DNA of 64,000 nucleotides from positions 236,902,001 to 236,966,000 of the forward strand of contig OZ024742.1 in NCBI GenBank assembly GCA_964016885.1, read 5' to 3'. Below are positions 55,690 through 64,000 of the stretch, one piece after another (position 1 is the first letter of the stretch; the number at the start of each line of letters is the position of its first letter). The DNA is from Eledone cirrhosa (taxonomy: Eukaryota). Under the pieces are notes generated by a model. The model had not been told where the DNA came from, searched no databases, and worked only from the letters and a program-made list of their open reading frames with translations. Both the position numbers and the translations under genes were made by a program.

Positions 55690-56045
55690 CTGTAATACAG
55701 AAAAGTTTTGTGCAATTTATGTTTACAAGCCGAAATTGCCTCAGATTTTTTGTTTAAGATGTGGTCTTTGGCGTAGAGTATTTACAGAGCCTCAGCGCCG
55801 CAAAGGTCACATGGTCTTTTATTTCCCTTATACGATCTAGCCTTAGCTAGGATCTCCCAGTGTAACTTATATTGGATGTGGTTGTCTTTTACACTCCAGA
55901 TATAAGCTGAAAGTGACGTCATATTCCTTCTTAAAGGGTTAAGAAAAGAATTGGTATGCATATAAAGACGCTGCTTGAATCTATTGGCGGTTAACCCTAT
56001 GTAGGCTCTACGGGACGTGGGTGTTTCAACCTTACATTTGAAGAC
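55690..56045 (-). mobile_element. PLE GIY-YIG fragment
   Basis: IVFKCKV..AYIGLTANRFKQRLYMH..SLSAYIW..PCDLC; homologous to 38939..39787. Confidence 0.88.
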
Positions 56046-56244
56046 AATGTATGTATGTATATATATATATAATTGAATAAACAAGGGAGATGAACACTAA
56101 TATAAACATACATGTGTTCGAATCGTAAGGACTAGGTTAGGTAGGGTGAAAAAATACTAACTACAGCAATATGGTTTGTCAGACTTAATTTTAAGTAGTA
56201 AATTAAGAAAAATAACAGACCTATATCGGGCAATAGCCTGGTAA

Positions 56245-56322
56245 CAATTAGACAGTTTTGAAAACTGTTTCGCAACATCTTATTAAGTGAAGTCAACACC
56301 TTTCTCTGCTCTTCAGTAGTTG
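56245..56322 (-). ncRNA. Type I hammerhead motif
   Basis: caacta-CTGAAGA-gca..tgc-GAAA-cagttt tca aaactg-TC-taattg. Confidence 0.75.
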
Positions 56323-56598
56323 TTGAGAAATTAGCGATCCTTCCACTTCTAAAAATATTAGAAGACTGAATTGTGTCCGATATGAAATAGCGCACGTGTC
56401 TCCGGAACCCAGCTTGTCTCGAAATCCCATGCGGCTAAAAATAGCTGCCTGATTAACAAGACATTAAAATTAGCTCTACATGATGGAGCCGACAAATATA
56501 TAGTGAGTTTCTATATAAAGTGAGACTGCCACTACTCTAAAACAATAGCGTAAGGTCTTCGAAGCATACAGTATATTGCAAAATATACTCTATATACA

Positions 56599-56656
<58 letters not shown>

Positions 56657-58611
56657 TACATATATTTACACGTCGGACGTTTGATGATAAAAAGCAGATT
56701 TTAAAACTAAGATTGTGTCTGTCAGCCAAGGACTATAACTAACAAATGCATAATTAAATCTAACGCTCTCTAAAATCAGTAACTTCGGTTGACTTTTAAT
56801 TTAGAAAATAGATTGGTTTGTATACAGTGGGGAAATGACAATTCTGATATTTTGAGCCAATATCACGATTTTCTTTCCATCACAACATACAAATACTTAA
56901 ATTGATCAACTCCGCTGAATAATTTATATTGACCACAAATTAACTCGGACCTTGAAGCTTGTAATGCATTGAACCTTGAATGCATTGTAAGCAATGAGGT
57001 CAGTAAAATATCTACCGGGTTAGCTATAAAGCTGGTCATGTGCGTTATTTGAGGCGTAGACATAAACTGTCGCCCTGTTTAACACCGCCACCTGGTCTTC
57101 GGGTGCCTTTGGCGGAATATAAGTTGCTGCAAGCATTCGCGTCTGGTCTCAAGTCTGTGGATAACTTCTCTTCCACCCAGCAACCTCGGAGTCATGGAAA
57201 GGTTATAGTTGCTGCCTTTCTCTTCTGACTAAGCAATAAAAAAAGTAGAAAGATACGTTTAAGCTGTGATGGCACTAAAATTATTTATGCCCATTGGTCG
57301 ATGATCGTGTTAAACCAGGACCACGGATTATATATAACACTCATGTAGTTCATGATGGTATTTGAACTCTGAATGTAAAGAACCAGACCAAAACATGTCG
57401 TTCAACAATGCCTGGACTGGGGCTTTATATATCGATCACGAAAGGATGAAATCCGGAACAACTACCGCCAGACATTTTATCTCACACTCTAACGACTCTG
57501 CTAATTTGCCGCCTATTAGATGATAAACCATTCAAGCTGCTACTCAAAACACTACGGCATAATGATGGGTCATCTGTTGTTTAGATGATGAATATTCAGT
57601 TATTCGATCAACTGAACGTCTACTCGTGACATTGACGCAGTTGAATATTCCCAAAACAGATGTACCATCAACGCTATTCCCAAGCCGAATGAGCATGATA
57701 CAAGATTTAGCAGGGCTGGGTCTTTGAATTACAAGTGCAATTCATTCAACTGGTTTCTCCACAGTTTCCGTCGATCAAATTTCATTCTCAAAGCTTGGCT
57801 TGATACGAGAATATGCTAAAAGCACTTGACCGAGTTACTAGGTGGTGGAATTGAACATTTAGAATACGGAATCCCATGATTATGTACTGAACGTTTTAAC
57901 CACTCAGCCATGACTGTGCACAGCACAATAAGCCTTAGGTAAAACCGTTCTTCTACTTGGCAGTTCAACGTAATTGCATTTTGCTGGATATCTTTCGATA
58001 AAAGACAAATATAAATGTATTGCATGAGGATTACGATGTAGTCAGCAGATGTTTTAATGTTAAGCACTCTGGCACCAACCATTGAACAAATGATAGATCC
58101 TCAACCGCTCCAATGTCAAATTACCCCATTATAAACTATGTATGTTTTCGGTTAATTTTATTTATTTCCTTTTGATAACGTTTGCTACTTTTTTCTCTGA
58201 AAATCTAGGTCAATTCGACATTATATCTATTTGTCGTAGGTTGTGAAATAAATTTATTTTCGTTCAACTCTTAGCAATGAAGGACCTCGACAAGACAGCT
58301 TCAATTTCGTGAAATCTAAAGCTGAAGCTGAACTACATGGCTCGTATATACGTCTAGAGTTATAATTTGAGATACATGGAATACATTCAAGATATTGGTA
58401 ATTCCTAAAGAGTTATTATTCAACATCTCGGTTATCAGATGCCAATTGCTTTTGGCTCGCTGCCAAATGACATTTTATTCCGAATTGTCTCATCAGTTCT
58501 TGAGCCACCAAAAGAGAAGTGGTTTTCCCAGACTCTCATTTGCAATGCAAAACCACGGAAGTTGGCAACGAGCTTAATACTGTTTCTTTCAAGCTGTTTT
58601 CTTAACACACA

Positions 58612-58723
<112 letters not shown>

Positions 58724-59145
58724 CAGACACACTCACAAACACACACATACACGCATGCACGCACACACAGAGGCACTCACAAACACATACATACACACAC
58801 GTATAGTACAAGCGCACACACATAAACACAATCGTACACGAAGATACACACACATGCATACAAGCAGACAATCAGAAAACTAAGAAACACACACATACTC
58901 AAACATACACAAATAAAGTAGACATCAGTATATACACAGGAAAAACACACATAAGCAAACACATAAACCCAATGACTTACGCAATCACATATACTCACAT
59001 ATATACACACAAAAGTATACATCACCATATATTTTTGCCAGGCAAGCAGATTTTCATATATTTGTGCAAACCATTTGAAGATCAATAAAATTTTATACAT
59101 AAAAGACGATATTTAAAAATCCTTAAAATCTACAACACATACACA

Positions 59146-60249
<1,104 letters not shown>

Positions 60250-60746
60250 ACTAGAAATCGATTGACATATAAATAAACATATGAAACAATCACAGGGGAT
60301 AATTTGTAAAAGTGTGTAAGCATACATAGCTAGGTAGGTAACTAAATAAAGTTGAACTAGAACTTCAAAAATAGATGGCTGGACTTCTTCCTTGTTGAAA
60401 ATCCAGGATCTGGCTACTGTCGTTTACCAATCGATTAATTGGTGAAATATATTTCTTTAATGGAATATATACGAGGAAGATTAATCAAATTATAAGTTAT
60501 CTATTTTTGAAGTTCTAGTTAAACTTTATTTAGTTACCTACCTTACACACTTTTACAAATTATCCCCTGTGATTGTTTCATATGTTTATTTATATGTCAA
60601 TCAATTTCTAGTTGATATAAAATGCTCGGATCTACTCATTAGAATCTTGGAGCATATTTTACGGGTGATATGGCGCATGTCTATCTGGCATGACACCCTT
60701 AATTTAATTTGATTTAATTTAATTTAATTCAATTTATCTTAATTTT

Positions 60747-60805
<59 letters not shown>

Positions 60806-60859
60806 GTGTGTGTTGTACGATTTAAGTATTTCTAAATATTGTCTTTTATGTATAAAAGG

Positions 60860-60891
<32 letters not shown>

Positions 60892-61158
60892 ATATATATA
60901 TATATATTATATATAATATATATATTATATATATAATATATATATATATATATAATATATATATATATATAATATATATATATAATATATATATATATAT
61001 AATATATATATTATATATATAATATATATAAATATATAATATATATATATATAATATATAATATATATATATAATATATATATACATATTATATTATATT
61101 CATATTATATATATATATATATACATATTATATTCATATTATATATATATATATATAG

Positions 61159-61244
<86 letters not shown>

Positions 61245-61341
61245 GAGGTTGGTAATGGCACATGGTATATATAAGAGACAGAATACTTTTTTGTGAAAAA
61301 ACATATAATTTTATAAGGTAAGGAAAAAATAAAGGGTATAA

Positions 61342-61389
61342 AAAATGACCGGTTTCGATGGGTCTGCAAAAGCCATCTTTTCAAATGTT
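61342..61389 (-). ncRNA. Hammerhead motif with U3-A8 core (TTGAAAA) about 1 kb downstream of the PLE ORF
   Basis: aacat-TTGAAAA-gatgg..ccatc-GAAA-ccgg-TC-atttt. Confidence 0.65.
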
Positions 61390-61835
61390 GATTAATATTA
61401 AGAAAAATTAATAATACGAAGAGTTAAAATTTGAGATTTGAAAATTCAAGTATAAAATTCATTGTGGGATTTCATAGTAGTTTTCATCTAGGTAGCAACA
61501 ACAGGTTGACTGCTGTGTCCCTTTCTGGTAGTGAATGAGAAGTTATATGGGGTGTGGGTTATTTTATAAAGGTCAGATTTAGCAATGGCCAACTGGCCAG
61601 CTGCTGGACAGTGAGGGGGTGGAAGCAATATACATACACATATCTTCCCGTGGTGGGTAGGAGAGTGGAGCGTGATAGAAAGGGATTTAGTGCACTTACA
61701 CCTATATATACACACATACCTTCATCCACACATACATACATATACATATACATATATATATATACATATACACACATACATACACACACACATACATATA
61801 CATACACACACACACACACACACATATATACACAT

Positions 61836-61884
<49 letters not shown>

Positions 61885-61955
61885 TATATATACATACACA
61901 TACATCCAGATACACACATACATACACACACACACACACACACGTATATATATAT

Positions 61956-61997
<42 letters not shown>

Positions 61998-62428
61998 CCC
62001 CACACATACATACACACACACACACATATATATACATACACACATACAAACATACACACACACACACATATATATACACATACATACACCCACACACAGA
62101 GAAATGGCCTCCAAATATATATATATATATACATACAGACACATTTTTTCCATAATATAAGAAGTTGGGACAGTGAAATTAAAATACAAGTCATTCTGAT
62201 CACATTGAGTTCTTCATGTAGATTGGGCCCCGCAACCGACAGTGGTGAATTCTGTGTGCGCATATATATATATAGATATATGTGTGTGCACGTGCAGGGT
62301 TTAACATGGATGTGTTGGTCACACAAAGGCATGGTCTGTCAACGAATAAACCTGATTCTACAGAATTGGTCTCTGGTCTTTAATAGTAGTGATTCCGTGC
62401 GTATGTGTGTTTATATTTTATGACAATT

Positions 62429-63619
62429 CTATTGGGGTGATAACCCGTTTAGTTTTGGTTTAAATTTGTTAAGGAATAGATTTTCTTTGTTTATTCTTTG
62501 TTGCTGTGTGAACGAATCTGAGCACTTGTAGAAGGGGAAGATTTTAAAGTTGGGTAGTGTCATTCCTGCGCAGTTCGCAATATGGCTGCTCAAGGGGATT
62601 TTTCTTGTGTTAGCGTCCCGGATTTGTTGGCGGTGGATGGTCATTCTTTTGCGTAATGAGGTGCCCGTCTGTCCTATGTAGTTGTGTTTGCACCCACCGC
62701 AAGTTATTGCGTAAATCAAGTTCTCCGAGTTGCAGGTGAAATTGTTTTTTACTGTAAATGTTTGGCCATCTTTGAATGTAAATGTTTGTCCTTCAGTGAG
62801 GTAGAGGCACCTTCCACAGTTTGTTCTACCACATTTGGTAACTGTAGGGTTGAGGATTGGTTTGGGTATATTTGGTCCAGTGAGAATGCGTTTAAGTGAT
62901 TTGGGTTGTCTTTTACTTTTAAGGATCTTGTGTGTTTCAAGAATAGACTTCATTTTTACATCTTTAAGTAGGATGGGGAGGTTTTTGTGTAGGTGATCAA
63001 ACATTTCGGTATTTCTGGGGTTGAAAGTGGATACATATGGCAGGGTGTTGAGTGTGGTTTTCTGTTTTGGATTGTTAAGTTGATGGGGATTTAGGTGTTT
63101 TGCCCTGTCTATTCCATTGTTGATTATTTCAAGTGGAAAGGCTCTTAAGATAAGGGTGTCTTTTAGTTCCTTTAGTCTTTGCTCCCGTTTAGGTGGATCT
63201 GATACTATGGTACATATACGTTTGGCCAAATTGTAAGGAATGTTAAGTTTTGTATGTTTTGGGTGACTTGATGTGAAAAAGAGGTATTGCTTGGAATCTG
63301 TGGGTTTATAGAATATATCTGTATCTAATTTCCCGTCTATTACAGAGATGAGAATATCCAAGAAGGCTAATTCCTTAGGATTGGATTCCATTGTGAATTG
63401 TATGTTATTATCTATGTTGTTTATCGTGTTTTTAAACGTAGTAAGTGAGTTCATGTCTTCTTGCCATAGGATAAAGCAGTCGTCTAGATATCTTTTCCAA
63501 TTGGCTTTGAGGTGTGTGTGGAAAGAGTCTCCAAATAAGAGAAGGGACTGACTGTATATTTGTTGTTCATGGAATCCCATGACTAGGTTGGCATATGTGG
63601 GTGCTACTTTCGTGCCCAT
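62429..63619 (-). CDS. PLE RT + Cys linker + GIY-YIG (Neptune-like), 5'-truncated at ~63640
   Basis: (RQVSGTA)MGTKVAPTYANL, WKRYLDD, FLDI, KPTD..SSHP, CGRTNCGRC, NLIYAITC..YIGQT..RM..HR; no internal stops. Confidence 0.93.
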   Translation of the reverse strand: MGTKVAPTYANLVMGFHEQQIYSQSLLLFGDSFHTHLKANWKRYLDDCFILWQEDMNSLTTFKNTINNIDNNIQFTMESNPKELAFLDILISVIDGKLDTDIFYKPTDSKQYLFFTSSHPKHTKLNIPYNLAKRICTIVSDPPKREQRLKELKDTLILRAFPLEIINNGIDRAKHLNPHQLNNPKQKTTLNTLPYVSTFNPRNTEMFDHLHKNLPILLKDVKMKSILETHKILKSKRQPKSLKRILTGPNIPKPILNPTVTKCGRTNCGRCLYLTEGQTFTFKDGQTFTVKNNFTCNSENLIYAITCGGCKHNYIGQTGTSLRKRMTIHRQQIRDANTRKIPLSSHIANCAGMTLPNFKIFPFYKCSDSFTQQQRINKENLFLNKFKPKLNGLSPQ

Positions 63620-63640
63620 TGCCGTACCTGATACTTGTCT

Positions 63641-63744
63641 GTGTGTATATATATGTGTGTGTATGTGTATATATATGTGTGTGTGTGTGTATGTTTGTAT
63701 GTGTGTATGTATATATATGTGTGTGTGTGTATGTATGTGTGGGG

Positions 63745-63792
<48 letters not shown>

Positions 63793-63857
63793 ATATATAT
63801 ATGTGTGTGTGTGTGTGTATGTATGTGTGTATCTGGATGTATGTGTATGTATATATA

Positions 63858-63920
<63 letters not shown>

Positions 63921-64000
63921 ATGTGTATATATGTGTGTGTGTGTATGTGTGTATGTATATGTATGTGTGTGTGTATGTATGTGTGTATATGTATATATAT
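63641..64000. repeat. Inverted copy of the microsatellite-rich 3' UTR (~61730-62090) of the adjacent PLE
   Basis: Landmarks atgtttgtatg, gtgggggtg, atctggatgt mirror those at ~62050, ~61998, ~61905. Confidence 0.85.

Noticed and set aside
58440-58510. Minus-strand CTGATGA followed by hairpin gaca..tgtc
   Set aside because: No GAAA or NUH in the required positions

Overview
AT-rich, microsatellite-saturated eukaryotic DNA with no convincing intact cellular gene. The (TA)n/(CA)n/(TACA)n load and the Nin-domain-like and tRNA-headed SINEs suggest a mollusc, most likely an octopod (inference). The first 9 kb is low-complexity, dominated by a ~6.3 kb 30/27-bp minisatellite that reads as a mucin-like Pro/Thr/Ser ORF but may be intronic. 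The rest is transposon debris: Penelope-like elements (PLEs, RT + C-terminal GIY-YIG, two lineages, two of them capped by inverted 3' UTR copies), RTE, L1/Tx1 and RLE-type LINE fragments, a Helitron helicase fragment, hAT and mariner MITEs, SINEs and a tRNA-Pro pseudogene. The main signal is RNA. By manual folding I find about 19 type-I hammerhead ribozyme (HHR) motifs, including U3-A8 and U4A core variants, mostly in short fold-back or direct-repeat units anchored in (TA)n. One repeat family (22.1, 35.7, 36.1 kb) carries all hammerhead core strands in a non-circularly permuted order, with compensatory changes in several helices. All structures were read by eye; none was computed or tested.
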